From positions 4,624,887 through 4,688,886 of the forward strand of contig NC_057753.1 in the NCBI RefSeq assembly GCF_004010195.1: 64,000 nucleotides of DNA. Direction: 5' to 3'. The notes beneath the pieces are model-generated. The model saw only the letters and a list, made by a program, of their open reading frames with translations. It searched no databases and was not told the origin of the DNA. Position 1 is the stretch's first letter, and every line of letters starts with the position of its first letter. Source of the DNA: Chiloscyllium plagiosum (Eukaryota). Made by a program: the position numbers and the translations under genes. Below are positions 26,865 through 37,499 of this stretch, in pieces.

Positions 26865-27171
26865 TTAGATGAGATTAGATTACTTACAGTGTGGAAACAG
26901 GCCCTTCGGCCCAACAAGTCCACACCGACCCGCCGAAGCGCAACCCACCCATACCCCTATATGTACCCCTTACCTAACATTTTGGGCAATTTAGCATGGC
27001 CAATTCACCTGACCCGCACATCTTTGGACTGTGGGAGGAAACCGGAGCACCCGGAGGAAACCCACGCAGACACTGGAAGAACGTGCAAACTCCACACCTG
27101 AGGCGGGAATTGAACCCGGGTCTCTGGCGCTGTGAGGCAGCAATGCTAATCACTGTGCCACCGTGCTGCCG
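26865..27171 (-). mobile_element. HE1/V-SINE-like SINE
   Basis: Near full-length reverse complement. Confidence 0.85.
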
Positions 27172-27486
27172 CTCCTGTGTTCAGGAGTGTTTGCTGCAGC
27201 AGTTACATGCGTCCTGCCTAACAAGGTCAGACCACGTCCTTCGAGGTGAGGTGGGTCAAGTGGATCAGTGGTGGTGAGGGATAGAGAGAGAGAGAGGGGG
27301 GGGGAAGCAGATATTTGTGGCCATTGTCTCACTGAGGGTTAGGTTGGCAGCAAAGAACGAGATGCGACAATCCCGAGTGACAAAGATGTGGGATAGAGCC
27401 GGCTTCAGTGGGGCAGGGATGACTGGATCAAGAGGTTGGCTGGAGAAATAGGAATGAGTCACCTTCAGAAAGCAGACAGACTTCAA

Positions 27487-28960
27487 ACTAAATGGCACAG
27501 AAACAGACCCTTCGGTCCAACCCGTCCATGCCGACCAGTATCCCAACCCAATCTAGTCCCACCTGCCAGTACCCGGCCCATATCCCTCCAAACCCTTCCT
27601 GTTCATATACCCATCCAAATGCCTCTTAAATGTTGCAATTGTACCAGCCTCCACCACTTCCTCTGGCAGCTCATTCCATACACACACCACCCTCTGTATG
27701 AAAAGGCTGCCCCTTTAATATCTTTCCCCTCTCATCTCTCCCCTTAAACCTGTACTCTCTGGTTTTGGTCTCCCCTATCCTTAGCTTTTCACCCTATCCA
27801 TGCCCCTCATGATTTTACAAACCTGGATAGGGTCACCCCTCAGCCTCCGACGCTCCAGGGAAAACAGCCCCAGCCTGTTCAGCCTCTCCCTGTAGCTCAA
27901 ATCCTCCAACCCTGGCCACATCTTGTAAATCTTTTCTGAACCCTTCCAAGTTTCACAACATCTTTCCGATAGGAAGGAGACCAGAATTGCAGGCAATATT
28001 CCAACAGCGGCCTAACCAATGTCCTGTACAGCCGCAACATGACCTCCCAACTCCTGTACTCAATACTCTGACCAATAATGGAAAGCATACCAAACGCTGC
28101 CTTCACTATCCTATCTACCTGTGACTCCACTTTCAAGGAGCTATGAACCTGCACTCCAAGGTCTCTTTGTTCAGCAACACTCCCCAGGACCCAATGATTT
28201 AAGTCTATAACTCCTGCCCTGACTTATTGACCAAAATGCAACACCTCACAGTGATCTAAATGAAACTCCATCTGCCACTGCTTGGTCGATCAAGATCCCT
28301 AGTAGAAAGCGAGAGCTGCAGACGCTGGAGTTCAGAGTCGAGAGTGGGGTCCTGGAAAGCACTGCAAGTCGGGCAGCATCCCAGGAGCAGGAGAATTCCT
28401 GATGAAGAGCTTATCCCCGAAACGTCGATTCTCCTGCTCCTTGGATGCTGCCTGACTGGCTGTGCTTTCCCAGCACCACACTCTCGACCCATTAAGGTCC
28501 CATTGTAATCTGAGCTAGCCCTCTTCGCTGTCCACCACACCACCCAATTTTGGTGTCATCTGCAAACTTACTAACTGTACCTCCTATGTTCACATCCAAA
28601 TCATTTATATAAATGACAAAAAGCAGTGGACCCAGCGCTCTGTGGTCACAGGCCTCCAGTCTGAAAAGCAACCCTCCACCACCACCCTCTGTTTTCTACC
28701 TTTGAGCCAGTTCTGTAACCGAATGGCTAGTTCTCCCTGTATTCCATGAGCTCTAACCCTGCCAACCCATGGGGAACCTTGTCGAACGCCTCACTGAAGT
28801 CCATATAGATCACATCTACCGCTCTGCCCTCATCAATCCTCTTGGTTACTTCTTCAAAAAAACTCAATCGAGTTTGTGAGACATGATTTCCCACGCACAA
28901 AGCCATGCTGTCAGTCCTTGCCTTTCTGAATACACGTAAATCCTATCCCTCAGCATCCCG
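27487..28960 (-). mobile_element. CR1 LINE 3' part, interrupted by a family A hairpin at ~28305-28487
   Basis: LYRTLVRPLLEYCLQFWSP, KFADDTKIGG, and the 3' tail. Confidence 0.85.
28305..28487. mobile_element. Penelope-derived family A hairpin with hammerhead-like core (stem II damaged)
   Basis: caggagaattc-CTGATGA(28399)-agagcttatcccc-GAAAC-GTC-gattctcctg, between inverted arms. Confidence 0.75.
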
Positions 28961-28996
28961 TCCAGCAATACAGCCAAGGATTATTCCCTTTGTACT

Positions 28997-29341
28997 GAAT
29001 CCCCAAAGTATGAAAACAGGCCATTCGGCCCAGCAAGTCCACATTGTCCCTCCAACGAGCATCTTGTCCTGTTCCCAACTCCCTACCCTACCTCGGAAAC
29101 CCTGCATTTCCCATGGCTGACCCACCTAACCTTTCCCATCTCTGAATGCTTTGGGTACATTAACGGAAGCAATTCGCCCTGACCTGCACATCTTTGGACT
29201 GTGAGAGGAAACTGGAGCACCCGGAGGAAACCCATGCAGACACGGGGAGGATGTGCAAACTCCACACAGACCGCCGCCCTGAGGCTGGAATTGAACCCGG
29301 GTCTCTGGCGCTGTGAAGCAGCAGTGCTAACCACTGTGCCA
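28997..29341 (-). mobile_element. HE1/V-SINE-like SINE
   Basis: Reverse-complement SINE. Confidence 0.8.
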
Positions 29342-29422
29342 TTGAAATTCCCGAGAGAATAATCACGTGACAGAATCGTATAGTACAGAAGAGGGCCTCT
29401 TCCATCGAGTCTATGAACCCAA

Positions 29423-29707
29423 AGTGGCACAGTGGTTAGCACTACTGCCTCACAGCACCAGGGTCCCAGGTTCGATTCCAGCCTCGGGCGTCTGTCTGTG
29501 TGGAGTTTCTCCCCGTGTCTGCGTGGGTTTCCTCCCACAGTCCAAAGATGTGCAGGTTAGGGTGAATTGGCCATGCTAAATTGCCCGTAGTGTTAGGTGT
29601 AGGGGTAAATGTAGCAGAATGGGTCTGGGTGGGTGCGCTTCGGTGGGTCGGTGTGGACTTGTTGGGCTGAAGGGCCTGTTTCCACACTGTAATGTAATCT
29701 AATCTAA
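29423..29707 (+). mobile_element. HE1/V-SINE-like SINE
   Basis: gtggcacagtggttagcact head, ggttcgattcc B-box, (TCTAA)n tail. Confidence 0.85.
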
Positions 29708-29825
29708 ATTTACACCAGTCCCACTTTCCAGCACTAGCCCCATTATCCTCAACTTCACGACATTTTAAGTGTGCGTACAAATACTTATTTAAGGTTGTGA
29801 GGTTACCCACCTCAATTTCCTCTAT

Positions 29826-29865
29826 TCCTGATGAAAGGCTTTTGCCTGAAACGTCGATTTTCCTG
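29826..29865 (+). ncRNA. Putative minimal type-I hammerhead ribozyme (family A variant)
   Basis: CTGATGA(29828)-A-AGGC-TTTT-GCCT-GAAAC-GTC. Stem II has an A-U pair where other family A copies have G-C. The family tail continues to ~29912. Confidence 0.6.
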
Positions 29866-30172
29866 CTCCTCAGATGCTGCCTGACCTGCTGTGCTTTTCC
29901 AGCACCACTCTAATCCAATACCCACCTCAATCCCCTTTCAAGCAGTGCTTTCCAGACCTCCAACACTCTCTCCATGAAAAACAAATCCCTGAAAACTTTC
30001 GCTTTCACATTATGCCCAGTTGTTATTACTGACCCTGCAACCAATGGGAACAGTTGCTTAATATTCACCCTGAACATTGATGTCATCATCTTATACACAC
30101 TTATCAGGGCCCCCCTTTAACCATCAGGTTCCAGATAAAACATCCCACATTTCTTCACAGCTAGCCTGCCTC

Positions 30173-31690
30173 ACAGAGATGTACAACACAGAAACAGACC
30201 CTTCGGTCCAACCCGTCCATGCCTACCCAGATATCCCAACCCAATCTAGTCCCACCTGCCAGCACCCGGCCCATGCCCCATAAACTTCCTGCATTTTTTT
30301 TAACCAAACCTTCATCATCCAGCATTCCCTATACCTACCAGCCTTTCCTATCACCCTAACAGGAATGTACTTTCTCTGGATTCTCGATATCTCATTTCTG
30401 AAGGCTTCCCATTTTCCAGCCGTCCCTTTACCTGCGAACATCTGCCCCCCAATCAGCCTTCGAAGGTTCTTGCCTAATACCGTCAAAATTGGCCTTTCTC
30501 CAATATAGAACTTCAACTTTTAGATCTGGTCTATCCTTTTCCATCACTATTTTAAAACTAATAGAATTATGGTCACTGGCCCCAAAGAGCTCTCCCACTG
30601 ACACCTCAGTCACCTGCCCTGCCTTATTTCCCAAGAGTAGGTCAGGTTTTACACCTTCTCCAGTAGGTACATCCACATACTGTATCAGAAAATTGTCTTG
30701 TACACACTTAACAAATTCCTCTCCACCTAAACCCTTAACACTATGGCAGTCCCAGTCTGTGTTTGGAAAGTTAAAATCCCCTAACATAACCACACACTAT
30801 CATTTTCACAGGTATCTGAAATCTCCTTACAAATTTGTTTCTCAATTTCCCTCTGACTATTGTGGGGTTTATAATACAATCCCAACAAGGTGATCATCCC
30901 TTTCTTATTTCCCAGTTCCAACCAAATAACTTCCCTGGATGTATTTCCAGGAATATCCTCCCTCAGCACAGCTGTAATGCTATCCCTTATCAAAAATGCC
31001 ACTCCCCCTCCTCTCTTGCCTCCCTTTCTATCCTTCCTGTAGCATTTGTATCCTGGAACATTAAGCTGCCAGTCCTGCCCATCCCTGAGCCATGTTTCTG
31101 TAATTGCTATGATAACCCAGTCCCATGCTCCTAACCAAGCCCTGGGTTCATCTGTCTTCCCTGTTAGGCCCCTTGCAGTGAAATAACTGCAGTTTAATTT
31201 ATCAGTCTCATCTTGTTCTCTGCTTAGTCATTGCCTGCCCTGTCTATTTAACTCGCTTCTGTTCTCAGCTGTACCTGTCTCAGATCGATCTCTTTCCTCA
31301 CGATTTCCCTGGGTCCCCACCCCCACCTTACTAGTTTAAATCCTCCTGAGCAGTTCTAGCAAATTTTCCTGCCAGTATATTAGTCCCCTTCCAATTCAGG
31401 TGCAATCCGTCCTTCTTGTACAGGTCACTTCTACCCCAGAAGAGATTCCAATGATCCAAAAATGTGAATCCTTCTCCCATACACCAGCTCCTCAGCCATG
31501 CATTCATCTGCTCCATCCTCCTATTCCTACCCTCACTAGCTCGTAGCACTGGGAGTAATCCAGATATTACTACCCTCGAGACCTTTTTTGAATTCCTGCC
31601 TAACTCTCTATAATCTCCCTTCAGAATCTCAACGCTTTCCCTTCCCGTGTCATTGGTACCAACGTGGACAATGACCTCCGACTGGGCCCC
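30173..31690 (-). mobile_element. CR1 LINE: ORF1 SGNH-esterase end, ORF2 endonuclease, and a directly fused 3' tail
   Basis: VIVHVGTND...VVISGLLPV...DGLHLNWKG (CR1 ORF1 esterase) and MLGDFNFPNTDW, SDHNSISF (APE endonuclease). The tail lies at 30173-30280. Confidence 0.85.
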
Positions 31691-32478
31691 CTCCCCTTTC
31701 CCAACATGTCCAGTGGGTTCCAAGCGATTGATTGTGTTGGGGGGTCTCTCTAGTGTGAGGCACAGACAGACGTTTCCAAATGGTGACGAATCCAAATGGT
31801 GTGTTGCCTCCCTGGTGCCAGGATCCAGGATATCTCATCTCAGGCCTCACCCTGGTAAATCCTCGTGGCACCCCTTCCAGTCCAATCGCACCTTGCCACT
31901 GTACCCTTCTCCCGCACCTTCCCTGAGAGTGGAAATTGCAGGCCAAACAAATCCCGAGTCCCCTCAGGACATCGCGTAACGTTAGGGAGAAAACAAAGGG
32001 TGTTTCTAATGGGAGAGAACACAGTTGAGAGTCAAGAGGGCTAGCAAAGGTTCAGAGGGGAGAATAGGCAGGTCGGAGAGAAACTGAGGAGAGACGGGCG
32101 GCCAAAATAAAGCAGACACAAATTCTTCCCCAGGCGTAGAAAAGCAGAAGAATAGTTCAAGGAGGGAGTCGGACAGGTCACAGGGTCGACAGCTGGAAGC
32201 AAAAGGTATGGCTGAGGTTTTTAAATGAATCCTTTGCCTCTAGCATTACAAAACAGAAGTCCTGACCAAGGCTTTCAACCGGAAAGGTTGTCTCTCCTGG
32301 TCCTACCCTACACTCTGTTGATCCGGCAGTCCCGACAGCAGCGAGCCGCCCTGGCCCGGGGGAAGGGGGGATATGGGACTGCTCGGGAATGGAAGGACAT
32401 TCACAAGCTAAAACACAAGCAGCACAGGACAAACCACCTGGTTCAGCAGGAGGTGGTGGTCTGCTGAGCTGCCTCACT

Positions 32479-32978
32479 NNNNNNNNNNNNNNNNNNNNNN
32501 NNNNNNNNNNNNNNNNNNNNNNNNNNNNNNNNNNNNNNNNNNNNNNNNNNNNNNNNNNNNNNNNNNNNNNNNNNNNNNNNNNNNNNNNNNNNNNNNNNNN
32601 NNNNNNNNNNNNNNNNNNNNNNNNNNNNNNNNNNNNNNNNNNNNNNNNNNNNNNNNNNNNNNNNNNNNNNNNNNNNNNNNNNNNNNNNNNNNNNNNNNNN
32701 NNNNNNNNNNNNNNNNNNNNNNNNNNNNNNNNNNNNNNNNNNNNNNNNNNNNNNNNNNNNNNNNNNNNNNNNNNNNNNNNNNNNNNNNNNNNNNNNNNNN
32801 NNNNNNNNNNNNNNNNNNNNNNNNNNNNNNNNNNNNNNNNNNNNNNNNNNNNNNNNNNNNNNNNNNNNNNNNNNNNNNNNNNNNNNNNNNNNNNNNNNNN
32901 NNNNNNNNNNNNNNNNNNNNNNNNNNNNNNNNNNNNNNNNNNNNNNNNNNNNNNNNNNNNNNNNNNNNNNNNNNNNNN
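32479..32978. other. Assembly gap (500 N)
   Basis: Run of N. Confidence 0.99.
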
Positions 32979-32979
32979 C

Positions 32980-33216
<237 letters not shown>

Positions 33217-33280
33217 CTGCAATATTTGGACTTGCCTGTTAAATCTCATCAAATGTTCATTGTTATGTGTTTCTGTTGAT

Positions 33281-33286
33281 AATAAA
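33281..33286 (+). terminator. Candidate polyadenylation signal of the zinc-finger gene
   Basis: AATAAA 65 nt after the stop codon. Confidence 0.45.
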
Positions 33287-33611
33287 CTAAACCCTAGTTC
33301 AAGTGTTTAGTTCTGGATGTAGGTTTGCTCGCTGAGCTGCAAGGTTCAGTTCCAGACATTTCAATACCCAACTGGGTTAATATCTTAAATATCCCACTCC
33401 ACCGAGGATATGCAGGTCATTGGACTCATCCACCGCCAAACCACAACAACGCGATGTCATTTCATATGGTGACATCATTTCCTGTTCTTTTTCTCAGGGG
33501 GTGGTAGTTGGGGTCTAACTTGATGTGTTTGTTGATAGAGTTCTGGTTGGAATGCCATTGCTTCTAGGAATTCTCATGCGTGTCTCTGTTTGGCTTGTCC
33601 TAAATAACACC

Positions 33612-33832
33612 GAGGAGGAGAAAGTGAGGACTGCAGATGCTGGAGATCAGAGCTGAAAATGTGTTGCTGGAAAAGCGCAGCAGGTCAGGCCGCATCCAGG
33701 GAACAGGAGAATCGACGTTTTGGGCATAAGCTGGGGATTCCTGAAGAAGGGCTTATGCCCGAAACGTCGATTCTCCTGTTCCCTGGATGCGGCCTGACCT
33801 GCTGCGCTTTTCCAGCAACACATTTTCAGCTC
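33612..33832. mobile_element. Family A hairpin element (82-bp arms, 1 mismatch) with 12-bp TSD
   Basis: Arms at 33650-33731 and 33751-33832. TSD ctaaataacacc at 33600-33611 / 33832-33843. Confidence 0.9.
33733..33776 (+). ncRNA. Putative minimal type-I hammerhead ribozyme (family A)
   Basis: ggggattc-CTGAAGA-A-GGGC-TTAT-GCCC-GAAAC-GTC-gattctcc. Confidence 0.7.
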
Positions 33833-34130
33833 TAAATAACACCAAACCAAAGAAACCCAAACATATAAATAGAAAGCAGGAATCATGTACACTGCTCCAC
33901 CTGAGGCCCACTGAAGGTGATACCTAGTAGGGTAATGAAACATCTGGAAATGAACCTCCCAGCTCAACGAGCAAACCTACATCCAGAAGCTCAACCTGAG
34001 CTACAAATCTTCTCAAAACTCGTCAAGTGTTTAGTATTTTGGATAAAATAGTGTTTTAAAAAAAAACTGGCATAGCAAGCGAGATGAGCTTAGTTCTGGA
34101 AATCAAAATGTAGAATCAGTTTGGGTTAGG

Positions 34131-34975
34131 GTTATGACACAGGAACCAGCAATAAAGAAACAATTCAACCCGTGCTGTAAATTCAAGAGGCAAAGGACTA
34201 TCCCAAAAGGCACTATTTAAAGTAAAAATTAACAACTTTTTATATATTTTTTAAGTCGAACGGAGAATAATTAACAACTCTGTTGTTGTGGTTCTGTTCG
34301 CCGAGCTGGGAATTTGTGTTGCAGACGTTTCGTCCCCTGTCTAAGTGACATTGTCAGTGCTTGGGAGCCTCCTGTGAAGCGCTTCTGTGATCTTTCCTCC
34401 GGCATTTATAGTGGTAAACAATGAGCACCCGAGCTACAAATCTCACAAAAATTAACAACTCTTTTCTCTAAACACTAACTTTTACCTTCCCGTCTGGTCT
34501 GATGAAAAAAAAATTATGATTTACAAAAAAAAAATCAAGTTTCAAAACCAGTCAGCTTGCTGAGTGTGCTCTATAGATTTTCCTCTGTCTTCTTAGGGAC
34601 TTCTGTTCCACAGGTTATTGATAGATCAGGGTACCTGTCAGAGTAGTGGGCAGCCTGTATTTATTGTGGCTTAGCAGTTCTCTTTGCCATTCTGGCTAGC
34701 TGGTCAAACTGTCTGATACTCGGACCCCAAAACATCAGATCGTTTCATATTGTCAAAATACTAAATTCAAACATGATTTGAGTTTGGTATCTTGGGGCAT
34801 AATTTAAACCGATTGGCCGAATTTGCATTTGTTTCTGTCTCCTAGCAACCCAGCCACTGCTAGCAATTCGACCAACTGTTACATTTTAAATTTTCCAGTA
34901 ATTTGTGTGCTTCTCTAAGTCCTTGCTAGCTTTTCAACTCTCTTAAAGATGCAGTACCCCAAATGCCTTCATAAC
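34131..34975. mobile_element. Putative solo LTR inserted in a CR1 endonuclease remnant
   Basis: Inverted termini GTTATGA / TCATAAC, with flanks ttagg / tttgg as a near-TSD. It contains a family C insertion. Confidence 0.4.
34282..34449 (-). mobile_element. Penelope-derived family C insertion with degenerate hammerhead core (CTGACAA)
   Basis: Matches 50146-50276. TSD aattaacaactct at 34269-34281 / 34450-34462. Confidence 0.8.
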
Positions 34976-35246
34976 TTTGGGATTAAAAACAACGAAAAGT
35001 CACTTGTGGTAGATTTTTACAGGTTAACGAACAGCCACATGACTGTACAATGTGGTAATCAGCAAGAGATAATGGTAGTTTTAATTACGTATAGGTTAGC
35101 AGGATCAGCTGGGCAAAGGTAATGTGGACGATGAGTTCATGGAGTGGTTTAGGGTCAGCATGTTCTGGAAAACAAATGCTGAGAGCAGGCTATGCCAGAG
35201 CTGCTATTGTGCAGCGAAACACTATTATTCAATGACCTCACAGCAG

Positions 35247-35955
35247 CCCAGTAGCTCAGTGGATAACTTTGCTGCCTCATAGCGCCAGGGACCCCGGTTT
35301 GATTCCAGCCTCAGGGGACGCTCTGTGTGGAGCTTGCACGTTCTCCCAGTGTCTGTGTGGGTTTCCTCGGGGTGCTCTAATTTCCTCCCACAGTCCAAAG
35401 ATGTGCAGGTTAGGGTGGATTGGCTCTGCTAAGTTGCCCATGTTATTCAGGGATGTGGAGGCGAGGTGCATTAGTCAGGGGAAATATAGGAGTAGGAGAA
35501 TAGGTCTGGGTGGGTTACCCTTCCTCACTGTAGGGTTTCTATTTCTATTTCAGTGAGTGTGCCTCTGGACAGCCACGATCATGATATGATTGAGTTTCAC
35601 ATTGATTCAAGGGAGAGGAGTGCGGGTATAAGTCTAGCATATTAAGCCACAGTATGGGTGGCATGGTGCCTCAGTATGGGTGCCATTGTGGCTTGGTTAT
35701 GGATGGCATGACGGCTCAGTGGTTATCACTGCTTGGGTGACTGTATGTGTGGAGCTTGCATATTCTCCCCATGTCTGCATGGGATTCCTCCGGGTGCTCC
35801 GGTTTCCATACACGGATTGAAAGATTTGCCAGTTAGATGGATTGGCCATGGTAAATTGCACAGTAGTGTCTAGCAATGTGCAGATTAGGTGGATTAGCCA
35901 TTGGAAATGTGAGATTACAGACTTAGGGTAGCGGTCTGGGTGGGATGCTGTTTAG
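35247..35955 (+). mobile_element. Two diverged HE1/V-SINE-like SINEs (35247-35520, ~35655-35955)
   Basis: Central conserved domain present twice. Confidence 0.7.
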
Positions 35956-35957
35956 AG

Positions 35958-36806
35958 TAAGGGCATGGAATGCCCTGCCTGCCAATGTAGTTAACTCAGC
36001 CACATTAGGGGCATTTAATCAGTCTTTGGATAAGCATATGGATGATGATGGGATACTGTAGGGGGATGGGCTTAGATTAGTTCACAGGTCGGCACAACAT
36101 CGAGAGCAAAAGGGCCTCATCAGCGCTGTTGAAAGTGGAATCGCTGGTAGATAGGATAGTGAAGGCGGCGTTTGGTATGCCTTCTTTTATTAGTCAGAGT
36201 ACTGAGTTCAGGAGTTGGGAGGTCATGTTGCAGCTGTACAGGAAATTGGTTAGGCCACTGTTGGAAAATTGCGTGCAATTCTGGTCTCCATCCTATCGGA
36301 AGGATGTTGTGAAACTTGAAAGGGTTCAGAAAGGATTTACAAGGATGTTGCCAGGGTTGGAGGATCTGAGCTATAGGGAGAGACTGAACAGGCTGGGGCT
36401 GTTTTCTCTGGAGCGTCGGAGGCTGAGGGGTGACGTTATAGAGGTTTACAAAATGATGAGGGGCATGGATAGGGTAAATAGACAAAGTCTTTTTCCTGGT
36501 GTTGGGGAGTTCAGAACTAGAGGGCATAAGTTTAGGGTGAGAGGGGAAAGATATAAAAGAGACCTAAGGGGCAACTTTTTCACACAGAGGGTGGTATGTG
36601 TATGGAATGAGCTGCCAGAAGAAGTGGTGGAGGCTGGTACAATTGCAGCATTTAGGAGGTATTTGGATGGGTATATGAATAGGAAGGGTTTGGAGGGATA
36701 TGGGCCGGGTCTGGCAGGTGGGACTAGATTGGGTTGGGATATCTGGTCGGCATGGACGGGTTGGACCAAAGGGTTTGTTTCCGTGCTGTACATCTCTATG
36801 ACTCTA
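35958..36806 (+). mobile_element. CR1 LINE 3' fragments; 36129-36830 ORF is ORF2 C-terminus
   Basis: LYRKLVRPLLENCVQFWSP...FFTQRVVCVWNELPEEVV, followed by the tail. Confidence 0.9.
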
Positions 36807-37000
36807 ATGTTCTATATTAAACCGAAATGAGGGAAATTGGGCATGATGTCACAGCCGGCTAAAATGAATTGGCAAATGAGGATAAACCATAGGTCAGTAG
36901 AGATGCAATGGCAGTCACTCAAGAAAATATTTCAGAATCCAATCACATGGGGTTAGGGATAATATATTAAATAGAAGATTGGCCATCTGGAAAGCAGGTA

Positions 37001-37445
37001 CAGTCAGCTCTGCTGTAACGCCTGTTCCTTCAACGCAAATAGGCTTCAATGCGATTGAAGAATTTAGACCGTTATTTGTAAAACGTGAACTTTCCTCACT
37101 TCTATCAGCTATAACGCCATGCTGGCCCCGTTCATTTCAATAGGGCGACCATTGCACAATTTTCTTACACGCAAGATTGGGCGAGAACTTAACTGTCGCG
37201 GTATATCAGTGATGATTTGGAGATGCCAGTGTTGGACTGGGGTGGGCAAAGTTAAAAATCACACAACATCAGGTTATAGTCCGAAAGGTTTAATTGGAAG
37301 CACTAGCTTTCGGAGCATTGCTGCTTCACCAGCTGGTTGTCTGCTGAAGGAGCAGCGCTCTGAAAGCTAGTGTGCTTCCAATTAAACCTGTTGGACTATA
37401 ACCTGGTGTTGTGTGACTTTTAATGCAGTATATCAGAACTGACTG
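37001..37445. mobile_element. Tc1/mariner-superfamily (Tigger-like) MITE with TA TSD, containing a family D hairpin
   Basis: TA-CAGTCAGCTCTGCTGTA ... TATATCAGAACTGACTG-TA. Confidence 0.7.
37211..37423. mobile_element. Penelope-derived family D hairpin element (degenerate hammerheads on both strands)
   Basis: Inverted arms matching 42825-42925, with gtatatcag duplicated on both sides. Confidence 0.75.
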
Positions 37446-37499
37446 TAGTCAGCAGAAATAGGTTTTTTTCTGGTTGGTCAACAATAACTTGTAATGGTT

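Larger units (their letters stand above)
33311..34022. mobile_element. Penelope-derived family B inverted element containing a nested family A hairpin
   Basis: Inverted ends ctggatgtaggtttgctc / gagcaaacctacatccag. The internal minus-strand GIY-YIG C-terminal sequence matches 61260-61390. Confidence 0.75.

Noticed and set aside
31690..32478. Unassigned sequence before the gap, possibly retroviral or part of zinc-finger gene 2
   Set aside because: No recognisable motif or splice structure could be supported, and contiguity across the gap is unknown.
36129..36830. 233-aa ORF as a host gene
   Set aside because: It is a CR1 ORF2 C-terminal fragment without a true start.
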